The notes beneath the pieces are model-generated. The model saw nothing but the letters and a program-made list of their open reading frames with translations. It did no database searches and was not told the origin of the DNA. The translations under genes and the position numbers were made by a program. A stretch of DNA of 64,000 nucleotides from Nitrospinaceae bacterium (lineage in GTDB: Bacteria; Nitrospinota; Nitrospinia; Nitrospinales; Nitrospinaceae): the NCBI GenBank assembly GCA_965223665.1, contig OZ245011.1, forward strand, positions 2,944,001 to 3,008,000. The letters are read 5' to 3'. Position 1 is the first letter of the stretch. Each line of letters opens with the position of its first letter. This document shows positions 21,281-28,817 of this stretch, one piece after another.

Positions 21281-22597
21281 TCAGCTAAAGTTGGTGGCAA
21301 TTTGGGAAATTTTTCCCATTAGGGGAGGTTTTTTGGCTGCCGTCAAATATTCCATGATAGTTTTTTCACCACTTTCCAGCGTGGGGCAGGTCTTATAATC
21401 AGATAGGATGGCCCGAGCCACCATATCCATACAACCACTTAAACCGGGATCCATTTTGTAAAATAGAGTCCCATGGTTGTTGGTTATATTAATGACTTTA
21501 TGGTTAGGTAAAGAGCTTAAAATATGAATACGTTTTTTTAACTGCTGATACTTATCTAAAGTTTCTAAATAATCCTTCAACATGTTTAAGGCATTGGGAA
21601 TTTCTGATGGATTTTGTCCTCGGTTAAAAATTATTCCCAGTTTTTTATTCTTTAAGGATTGAACAATAGCATTATGACCCTTTTGGGCTGTCAATTGGGT
21701 GACATAATTTTTGTCCAACCCGGTTAGCTTCCCTGTCTGAAAGTCGGCCAAAAACTCTTCATAATAATCAATGAAAGAATGTAGTGCATCAATACTTCCA
21801 TTAATGGCAATATTGTTACTCAAATCAAAAACAAATATTACCTGATCGATTACATTCATTAATGAAGATAAATGGTTGATGCCTCCCGCAGGAGTGTCTA
21901 AAACCACATATCGGAATCTATCAAATACAGAATTCAAAAATTCTAGAAACAGTAGTAAATACTCCGGTTCATTGATCCGTTTGCGATGTCCTCGTTTTCC
22001 TAAAACAGGAACTTCCCCGCCAATGATAGAGAAATCGTATTCTTCAATAAAATTAATATATTCTTGAACCATAGGGCGGGAATTGTGTTCTGCCTGTTTA
22101 AGGATTTTTCGTAAAGCCGGCAGGTCAATATTTTTCAGAAGGGGTTTCAGTTTTTTGATTTCCGGAATACTGTGTATGTTTCCTCGACTCAGAAACAATT
22201 CATAAGCGGCTAAACCTTCCTTATATTCCATATGTTGGAACAATTCAGTTTTTAATGTTTTGAATAAAACAAAAGCCTTCTGTAATTTTTTATTGCGACC
22301 TTGAATTTCTCCCTCTAAATAGGCATTGAACCAGGTAACGATTTGATAAAGATTCCGCAAAAAATCGATTTGATAGGTTTTGTTTGCCAGAGTCTCAAAT
22401 AAATTATAAAAAGTTTTTCGTGGATGGCAGTCCAATAAACTTGTAATGGTGGGCAATCGCAAATCTAAATCCACTAAACAAATTTGTTTTTTAGGTGTTT
22501 TTTTTCCTAATAGTTGAGTGAGTGCGGCGGTGGTATTGATGGAAAGAGTGGTTTTTCCAATTCCTCCCTTGGGACCTACAATAGAAATAATTGGCAT
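21281..22597 (-). CDS. Orphan ParA/MinD-family ATPase with large insertions
   Basis: Deviant Walker A GPKGGIGKTT, LVDLD, Walker B VVLDTPAG and IIFNR; 438 aa, much longer than a canonical ParA. Confidence 0.85.
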   Translation of the reverse strand: MPIISIVGPKGGIGKTTLSINTTAALTQLLGKKTPKKQICLVDLDLRLPTITSLLDCHPRKTFYNLFETLANKTYQIDFLRNLYQIVTWFNAYLEGEIQGRNKKLQKAFVLFKTLKTELFQHMEYKEGLAAYELFLSRGNIHSIPEIKKLKPLLKNIDLPALRKILKQAEHNSRPMVQEYINFIEEYDFSIIGGEVPVLGKRGHRKRINEPEYLLLFLEFLNSVFDRFRYVVLDTPAGGINHLSSLMNVIDQVIFVFDLSNNIAINGSIDALHSFIDYYEEFLADFQTGKLTGLDKNYVTQLTAQKGHNAIVQSLKNKKLGIIFNRGQNPSEIPNALNMLKDYLETLDKYQQLKKRIHILSSLPNHKVINITNNHGTLFYKMDPGLSGCMDMVARAILSDYKTCPTLESGEKTIMEYLTAAKKPPLMGKISQIATNFS

Positions 22598-23305
22598 TTA
22601 ATTTGACCCCTCTGACTTGATTTTTGTAGCCCCTGCAATGACCAAAGTAATTTCCCCTTTCCATTTTTTAGATTTAGTTTGTTGAATGACTTCTTGCACC
22701 GATCCTCGAATCACTTCTTCATGCATTTTGGTTAATTCACGGGTAACGGCAATTTGTCGTTCTCCAAAAACTTCTGCAATTTCTTCTAGAGTTTTTTGAA
22801 TCCGTTGAGGGGATTCAAAAAGCACGACCGAAGCGGAATGTTGAGCTAAGGTTTCCATTGTTTTTCTTCGTCGTTTTTTTCTCGGCAGAAAACCGGCAAA
22901 AACAAATCGGTCAACCGGAAGACCTGAAACAATCAATGATGCCAAAACCGCTGATGGTCCTGGCAACGGGTAAACCGGAATCCCGTTATTAATTGCTAAT
23001 TGAACTAATTGATATAGTGGATCTGATACCCCGGGTGTACCTGCGTCTGAAACTAAGGCAACATTTTGCCCCTCTAGCAAATTGCGAATTATTACAGGTC
23101 CTTTTTTTATTTGGTTATAACTATTATAACTGGAAAGGGGCGTGGAAATATCATAATGGTTTAATAGAATTCGAGTGCGCCTCGTATCTTCCGCTGCAAT
23201 TAGTTGCACTTCCCTTAAAGTTTCCACGGCGCGATAAGTGATGTCTCCCAGGTTGCCAATGGGAGTACTCACAATAAAAAGCGAGCCCTTTTCATTTTTT
23301 AGCAT
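22598..23305 (-). CDS. rsmI: 16S rRNA C1402 2'-O-methyltransferase
   Basis: TPIGNLGDIT, AAEDTR, SDAGTPGVSDP, FESPQR and RELTKMHEE. Confidence 0.95.
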   Translation of the reverse strand: MLKNEKGSLFIVSTPIGNLGDITYRAVETLREVQLIAAEDTRRTRILLNHYDISTPLSSYNSYNQIKKGPVIIRNLLEGQNVALVSDAGTPGVSDPLYQLVQLAINNGIPVYPLPGPSAVLASLIVSGLPVDRFVFAGFLPRKKRRRKTMETLAQHSASVVLFESPQRIQKTLEEIAEVFGERQIAVTRELTKMHEEVIRGSVQEVIQQTKSKKWKGEITLVIAGATKIKSEGSN

Positions 23306-23444
23306 ACAGGCTAATTTTACAGGGTCCCTGAGCTAAACTCAATAAATTATTGATATAATTAGCGTTATAATTTATTTCACAAAAAAAGGACCTTAAAGCC
23401 AATATCTGCTCGCCAGTCCCTTTTAGGTATTTATTCGATAATAT

Positions 23445-23858
23445 TTAGCCTAATGCTTCTTTTTCCGAGTCTCCCGATTCATCTTTCATCAAATTAATGA
23501 TCTTTTTTTCTTTTGGAACCATGTTACATTGGCCATCCAAAACGGCTCCCACCTCAACGAATAAAGAAGGGGTATTAACGTCACCAATGACTTCGCTATT
23601 AGAATAAATTTCAACACGTGTTGCGGCATTGATAGAACCTTTAATTTTTCCTTTACAAATTACAGTTCCCGCTGTGATATTGGCTTCTAGAACTCCCTTT
23701 TCTCCAACAATTAATGTGTCCTCCGTTTTAACTTCTCCCTCTAAGGTTCCGTCAACTCGAACTGCACCCGCAAAAGTGAGCGATCCTTTAAAAACCGCAT
23801 CTTCACCCATATAGGCTTTTATATCTTTAATATTTTCGTAATCTTTTTTGCTTCCCAT
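23445..23858 (-). CDS. Bactofilin (canonical short form)
   Basis: YMGEDAVFKGSLTF...VRVDGTLEGEV...IGDVNTPSLFVEVGAVLDGQC; start likely MGSKK (23858), after a G-rich RBS. Confidence 0.9.
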   Translation of the reverse strand: MGSKKDYENIKDIKAYMGEDAVFKGSLTFAGAVRVDGTLEGEVKTEDTLIVGEKGVLEANITAGTVICKGKIKGSINAATRVEIYSNSEVIGDVNTPSLFVEVGAVLDGQCNMVPKEKKIINLMKDESGDSEKEALG

Positions 23859-23920
23859 AATAAAATTCCCCCCCGCCGACACATTCGGTAGAAAATTTGT
23901 TTCAAATTGTTTTTGGTTAT

Positions 23921-24784
23921 TTATTTACCCATTATAATATCACGAATTCTCGTTAAGTCATCATTAGAATAGTAAGAAATCAATAACTTACCTCCTTTTT
24001 TTGCTGGATGGATGGTTACTTTGGTTCCTACCTTCCTTTCCAATTCGGTTTCTAAAGATTTGATAAAAGCGTCTTTATGGGCAATTGGTGTGGCGGGTTT
24101 TTCCTTTTCGGGTCTCTTTAAGTTTTTTACTAAATTTTCTACCTGTCGCACGTTTAGTGACTGTTTAATTACAGCTAAACGGGCCTCTTCCATTTCTTTT
24201 TCTGTTTCTAAAGCCAAAATTGCCCTTGCATGTCCCATTGTTAATCGGCCGGAAACTAAATCTTCTTTAAAAGAATGAGAAAGTTTTAGTAACCGTAAAT
24301 AATTGGCGATGGTTGCTCGATTTTTTCCTACTTTTTTGGAAATGGCTTCCTGGGTGAGTCCAAATTCATGTGCCAGTTGATGATAGGCTTCTGCTTCTTC
24401 TATCGGATTTAAGTCTGCACGATGAATATTTTCTATAAGGGCTAATTGTAAAGACTCTGTGCTGCTGACTTCCCGAATCACAGCGGGTATTTTTTTTAAT
24501 CCCAGTTTTTTACAAGCACGCCATCGCCTTTCTCCACAAATCAACTCAAATTGGTTTTCTGCTTTTTGAACCACCACGGGTTGGATAATTCCATTTTCTT
24601 TAATGGAATCCACCAATTCCTGAAAAGGCTCATCTTCAAATTGTTTTCTGGGTTGATTGGGGTTGGGTGATATTTCATCGACCAATAATTCAGTAAGTCC
24701 CTCCTTGGCTTCGGTTTCTGTGATTCCCATTTCAAAATCAGGAATCAGGGCGTTGATCCCTTTTCCAAGTGCTTTTCGATTCAC
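23921..24784 (-). CDS. parB: Chromosome partitioning protein ParB/Spo0J
   Basis: ALGKG N-terminal ParA-activating motif, PNPNQPRK, GERRWRA, ENIHRADLNPIEEA and an HTH. Confidence 0.96.
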   Translation of the reverse strand: MNRKALGKGINALIPDFEMGITETEAKEGLTELLVDEISPNPNQPRKQFEDEPFQELVDSIKENGIIQPVVVQKAENQFELICGERRWRACKKLGLKKIPAVIREVSSTESLQLALIENIHRADLNPIEEAEAYHQLAHEFGLTQEAISKKVGKNRATIANYLRLLKLSHSFKEDLVSGRLTMGHARAILALETEKEMEEARLAVIKQSLNVRQVENLVKNLKRPEKEKPATPIAHKDAFIKSLETELERKVGTKVTIHPAKKGGKLLISYYSNDDLTRIRDIIMGK

Positions 24785-25584
24785 GATGATTGATCCATTA
24801 TGGTTAAAGGTTTATTGAAGGGTTTGGAGCGGGCAATAATTTCTTTGGCTAATTCCACATAAGAGTCTGCTCCACTGGAACGATTGTCGTAAAGAATAAC
24901 CGGCTTTCCATGACTGGGTGCCTCGCTCAAACGAACGTTTCGAGGAATAACTGTTTCAAGAAGATTTTCTTTGAAATATTTTTTAACCTGTTCATGAACT
25001 TGAGCTGCCAAACTGGTACGCTTGTCATACATGGTTAATAGAATGCCTTCTATTTTTAAATCAGGATTGAAGGAATGTTTGACCAACTTGAGAGTTTTCA
25101 TCAAATGGCTCAACCCCTGAAGCGAGTAATATTCGCATTGCATAGGGATTAGTACCGAACGCGACACGTTTAAAGCATTTAAAGTTAGCAATCCTAAAGA
25201 GGGTGGGCAATCTATCATGACAAAGTCATAATAATTTTCTATGCCATTTAGGGCTAATTTTAATTGAGACTCCCGATTCTCCTGACTCACCAATTCAATT
25301 TCGGCTCCGGCCAAATCGACAGTTGCAGGAACCAGCTTCAGAGTTTCGACTTCCGTTTCATGGGTGACTTGATCCAAACTTGTTCTTCCCAAGAGCAAAT
25401 CATAGGTTCCCTTTCCTCCTTCTGGCAAACTCACTCCTAAACCACTGGTTGCGTTGCTTTGAGGGTCCATATCGATTAGAAGAACATTTTTTCCTGTTGT
25501 AGCTAGGCAAGCAGCAAGATTTATGGACGTAGTGGTCTTTCCGACGCCACCTTTTTGATTAGCCACACTAATGATTTTCGCCAT
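24781..25584 (-). CDS. parA: Chromosome partitioning ATPase ParA/Soj
   Basis: NQKGGVGKTT, DMDPQ, IDCPPSLG, QCEYY and IPRNVRLSEAPSHG; start at MAKIIS (25584). Confidence 0.96.
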   Translation of the reverse strand: MAKIISVANQKGGVGKTTTSINLAACLATTGKNVLLIDMDPQSNATSGLGVSLPEGGKGTYDLLLGRTSLDQVTHETEVETLKLVPATVDLAGAEIELVSQENRESQLKLALNGIENYYDFVMIDCPPSLGLLTLNALNVSRSVLIPMQCEYYSLQGLSHLMKTLKLVKHSFNPDLKIEGILLTMYDKRTSLAAQVHEQVKKYFKENLLETVIPRNVRLSEAPSHGKPVILYDNRSSGADSYVELAKEIIARSKPFNKPLTIMDQSS

Positions 25585-25836
25585 AGAATTAATTGGAAGG
25601 GTAAAATAAAAATAAATTATCACAAAAAATGGAACTTTCCAATTCAATTCCCACGGCCCGCGGCCGGTGGGAACTTTTTAGTACCGATGATCGGCAATAA
25701 ACGCCGAACCCTCAGAAACTTTTCCTGAGTTGAACTTGTCTCTAGAGGAAAAGTAAATAATAAGAGGCGATATGTCCCTCCTTATAGAAATTATGGAGCA
25801 AAAATCAATAGATACAAGAGGGAAAGCCGATGTTCG

Positions 25837-26072
25837 CCCTCTTTCCTAAAGAGGGTCGGGGTGATTCACCTTCTGGGATTTTCCATTTTTGTGGTTACGC
25901 AAAGGTCTCTTTCATGAAGGGGGCTGGGGGGATTTTACCTTCAGGAGCTTTATGTTATCTGACTTACGCAAATGTCTCCTTTTTAAAGAGAACCGGGGTG
26001 ATTGATCGCCTGGGGTTTTGAAATTTTTCCAATTATACAAAGGTCTCTTTGGGGATCGACCTTTAGGGTTTA
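25837..26072. repeat. Degenerate tandem repeat, ~69-bp period, ~3.5 units
   Basis: TTACGCAAAGGTCTC (25895), TTACGCAAATGTCTC (25964) and TTATACAAAGGTCTC (26033) are exactly 69 bp apart. Each is followed by a CTCTTT...AAAGAG(G)...GGGG.GATT-type segment, truncated in the last unit. Confidence 0.8.
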
Positions 26073-26170
26073 TGAGTTAAGGGAAGAAAAATTTTCGAAA
26101 AATTTCAAATAATACCGTTTGCAAGCCAAAACATCTAAAATAAAATATTCCAACCGGCCGGGGGCCGGAT

Positions 26171-26186
26171 TGTTTCACGTGGAACA
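26171..26186. promoter_or_regulatory. parS: parS centromere-like site
   Basis: TGTTTCACGTGGAACA, one mismatch to the conserved parS palindrome TGTTTCACGTGAAACA; ~600 bp upstream of parA. Confidence 0.9.
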
Positions 26187-26242
26187 TTAACTAATTAAAT
26201 TGTGACTGGAAAAGGAAAAATTTATAAAGTTCTTTATTTCAG

Positions 26243-26899
26243 CTACTTTTTTTCGAAAACCAACATAAGCGAGAGTTTGCCCCCTATGTCTTTTATTCGA
26301 TTTTGGCTTTTTAAATGATACTTAGAATGCAAAGAAGTATTTTTTCCTTCACTTTCGATGGATCCTTTTTTGACTACGATAGTTCCGGATGTTTTTAGAA
26401 ATGGATCGGCGAGTTGTAAACACTCTTCCAGTCTCCCTACGGCTCTAAATAATACGCAATCATATTGTCCCTGGTGTTCCGCCAGATTTTGCAATTCCTC
26501 GGATCTTCCTCCATATACATGGGCTTTTTCCATTTCTAATTCCTTAATTACCAATTTTAAGAAATTGACCCTTTTTCTGCGGCTTTCTACTAAAAGTATC
26601 TCAAGGCAGGGAGAAAATATCTTGACAGGAATTCCTGGAAACCCCGGGCCACTACCAATATCCATAACTTTAAAATTTTCCTTTATATAAGGAAGGTATT
26701 GCAAAGAGTCGAAAAAGTGCTTTTCTAAAATGGATTGAACTTCTTTTTCAGACGTTAAATTATAAGTTCGATTCCATTTGCATAAAAGCTCCAGGTATTT
26801 CTGGGTTTGATCAATTATGGATGGGGTTAGATCTATTGGGAGTGATAAATTGGGATGATTTAAAGTAGAAAAAATTTGATCCTTGATGGGGGTCCGCAT
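26243..26899 (-). CDS. rsmG: 16S rRNA m7G527 methyltransferase (GidB)
   Basis: KWNRTYNLT, HFFDSL, DIGSGPGFPG, VESRRKR and FRAV; upstream of parA. Confidence 0.93.
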   Translation of the reverse strand: MRTPIKDQIFSTLNHPNLSLPIDLTPSIIDQTQKYLELLCKWNRTYNLTSEKEVQSILEKHFFDSLQYLPYIKENFKVMDIGSGPGFPGIPVKIFSPCLEILLVESRRKRVNFLKLVIKELEMEKAHVYGGRSEELQNLAEHQGQYDCVLFRAVGRLEECLQLADPFLKTSGTIVVKKGSIESEGKNTSLHSKYHLKSQNRIKDIGGKLSLMLVFEKK

Positions 26900-26914
26900 G
26901 GAGAGACGGCCTAT

Positions 26915-27910
26915 TTATTTTCCGATTATTTTTTTTATTTCTTGAGTAAGAGATGGCAAGACTTCTAAAACATCTCCAATAATACCATAATCGCAAACAT
27001 CAAAAATAGGTGCGTTGGAATCACTATTGATTGCAACAATACATCGGGAAGAAGACATGCCTGCCAAATGCTGCACCGCTCCAGAAATCCCACATGCAAT
27101 GTACAAATCTGGGCTAACGGTTCGGCCCGTTTGACCGACCTGGTTGGAATAGTTTCGCCATCCATTATCAACAACGGGACGGCTTGCTCCCACAGCGCCT
27201 CCCACCACTTCCGCTAATTCCTCTAGAAGTTTGAAATTTTCAGGACCCTGCATGCCCATTCCTCCGGAAACTATAATACGTGCTTCAGTGATATCTAATG
27301 TTTTACCCGTTTCCTTTCTGATTTCTTTTAAAATACCCCCCAATTGCGATTCTTGAATATGATCCACCTCAAACTTTTGGATATTAGGAGTAGATCCTGA
27401 GTCCATATCTTCAGTTCGGAAAATATTAGGACGTAGAGTTGCAATATAGGGTCCGTCTCCTTTAAAAACCAAAGTTGAAATGGCTTTTCCAGCATATATG
27501 GGTCGCTTAACTACAAGCCCCTTTGAATCATCATATCCTAATGAAATACAATCCGTCGCTAAACCACAATTTAATTCACCGGACAACCCGGCAGCAAGCT
27601 CTTTACCATGATTAGTGGCTCCCAATAAAATGGCGTATGGATTTCTTTCTTTTATTATTGGAGTAAGAGCAGCAAGGTAAGTTGAGTTGGTAAAAGACTG
27701 TAAGTTTTCATTTTTTAGCTGGATTACCTGGTCTACAGGAAGTTCAGATACTGCCTGATCCAAAGGAGTATCACTTCCACAACACACTACAGCCGTCAAA
27801 GTACTACCCAATTCAGATTTTAGTTTTAACGCTCCTTGAATCGATTCTTTGGAAATTGATTTAATTTCGGAATCACTGTGTTCGATAATGATCCAAATAT
27901 CTTTATTCAT
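26915..27910 (-). CDS. etfA: Electron transfer flavoprotein alpha subunit
   Basis: RPIYAG, IIVSGGMG, GASRPVVD, QVGQTG, GISGAVQHLAGM and AINSD...APIF. Confidence 0.95.
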   Translation of the reverse strand: MNKDIWIIIEHSDSEIKSISKESIQGALKLKSELGSTLTAVVCCGSDTPLDQAVSELPVDQVIQLKNENLQSFTNSTYLAALTPIIKERNPYAILLGATNHGKELAAGLSGELNCGLATDCISLGYDDSKGLVVKRPIYAGKAISTLVFKGDGPYIATLRPNIFRTEDMDSGSTPNIQKFEVDHIQESQLGGILKEIRKETGKTLDITEARIIVSGGMGMQGPENFKLLEELAEVVGGAVGASRPVVDNGWRNYSNQVGQTGRTVSPDLYIACGISGAVQHLAGMSSSRCIVAINSDSNAPIFDVCDYGIIGDVLEVLPSLTQEIKKIIGK

Positions 27911-28019
27911 AGCTAATTTTGAAAGCTGCTTTAACGTTTCGGTTTTTAATTGAGTAGTATTACGCAGGTGAAAAGTTAAATAAAAAAATCTTCTTTTGGA
28001 AAGAATAATTCAATAAAAA

Positions 28020-28035
28020 AGTTCCACGTGGAACA
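28020..28035. promoter_or_regulatory. parS: Second parS site
   Basis: AGTTCCACGTGGAACA with a perfect 14-bp palindromic core GTTCCACGTGGAAC; intergenic. Confidence 0.82.
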
Positions 28036-28077
28036 ATTCATATTTGATATAGAATTATCTTAAGGAAAAATTATGGC

Positions 28078-28102
28078 CAGACTGGAGGTAGCCTCCAGTC
28101 TG
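28078..28102 (-). terminator. Perfect hairpin downstream of osmC
   Basis: CAGACTGGAGG-TAG-CCTCCAGTCTG, 16 bp after the osmC stop; the U-tract is weak. Confidence 0.5.
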
Positions 28103-28118
28103 TTCATCAGAAGATTAA

Positions 28119-28547
28119 TTAATTTTTGAGAGTGGCCTTCAAAGAAATTTCAGGACCCGCTAATGCTTTAGAAACAGGGCAACCATTTTTTGCGCCTTCT
28201 GCTTGTTCCTGGAATTTAGCTTCATCTATATCTGGAATACTTGCTTCCATGACTAGATCAATTTTTGTAATGGCAAAACCTCCTTCAACTGCTTCTAAAT
28301 GAGCCGTTGCCGTAGTTTCTACCCAGTTGGGATTGAATCCCGCTTTGCCTAATCCCGCTGAAAACGCCATCGAATAACATCCGGCATGAGCAGCTGCAAT
28401 TAATTCCTCAGGATTCGTCCCGTCACCACTTTCAAATCTTGAAGGAAACGAGTAAGCGCCTTCATAGGCACCGCTTCCTAATTTCATTGTTCCTTTTCCC
28501 TCTTTTAAATTTCCTTCCCATCGAGCACTTGATGATCTTGCTGGCAT
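28119..28547 (-). CDS. osmC: OsmC peroxiredoxin
   Basis: ARWEG, YSFPSRFE, GTNPEELIAAAHAGC and CPVSKAL. Confidence 0.94.
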   Translation of the reverse strand: MPARSSSARWEGNLKEGKGTMKLGSGAYEGAYSFPSRFESGDGTNPEELIAAAHAGCYSMAFSAGLGKAGFNPNWVETTATAHLEAVEGGFAITKIDLVMEASIPDIDEAKFQEQAEGAKNGCPVSKALAGPEISLKATLKN

Positions 28548-28817
28548 TTTTTAATTTCCTTTCTATTAAAAATTAGAGAAGGGAATTGGCCCCCCGTCCC
28601 TTTGTTTGATTAATGCTGCTTTATTTAGATGAAAAAACCCGTAAACGGTAGCAAATTGTTTTATCGGTCTCAAGAATAAAGAAACAATATCCATGAAATA
28701 AATAAAGTGCCCATTTAGGCTTATTTTTAATATACGAAGGAATATTTTCTTTGAAAATCGAATATGATAAAGTCGTAAACGCTATTCATTATATAGTTAA
28801 CTCTTGAGTATGATTTT

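Noticed and set aside
25830-26021. 63-aa ORF with internal repeats
   Set aside because: Arises from the 69-bp DNA repeat (23 codons), lies opposite the surrounding gene direction and has no recognisable motif.
25837-26072. Possible CRISPR array
   Set aside because: Units are degenerate along their whole length, there are no unique spacers between identical repeats, and there are no cas genes in the window.
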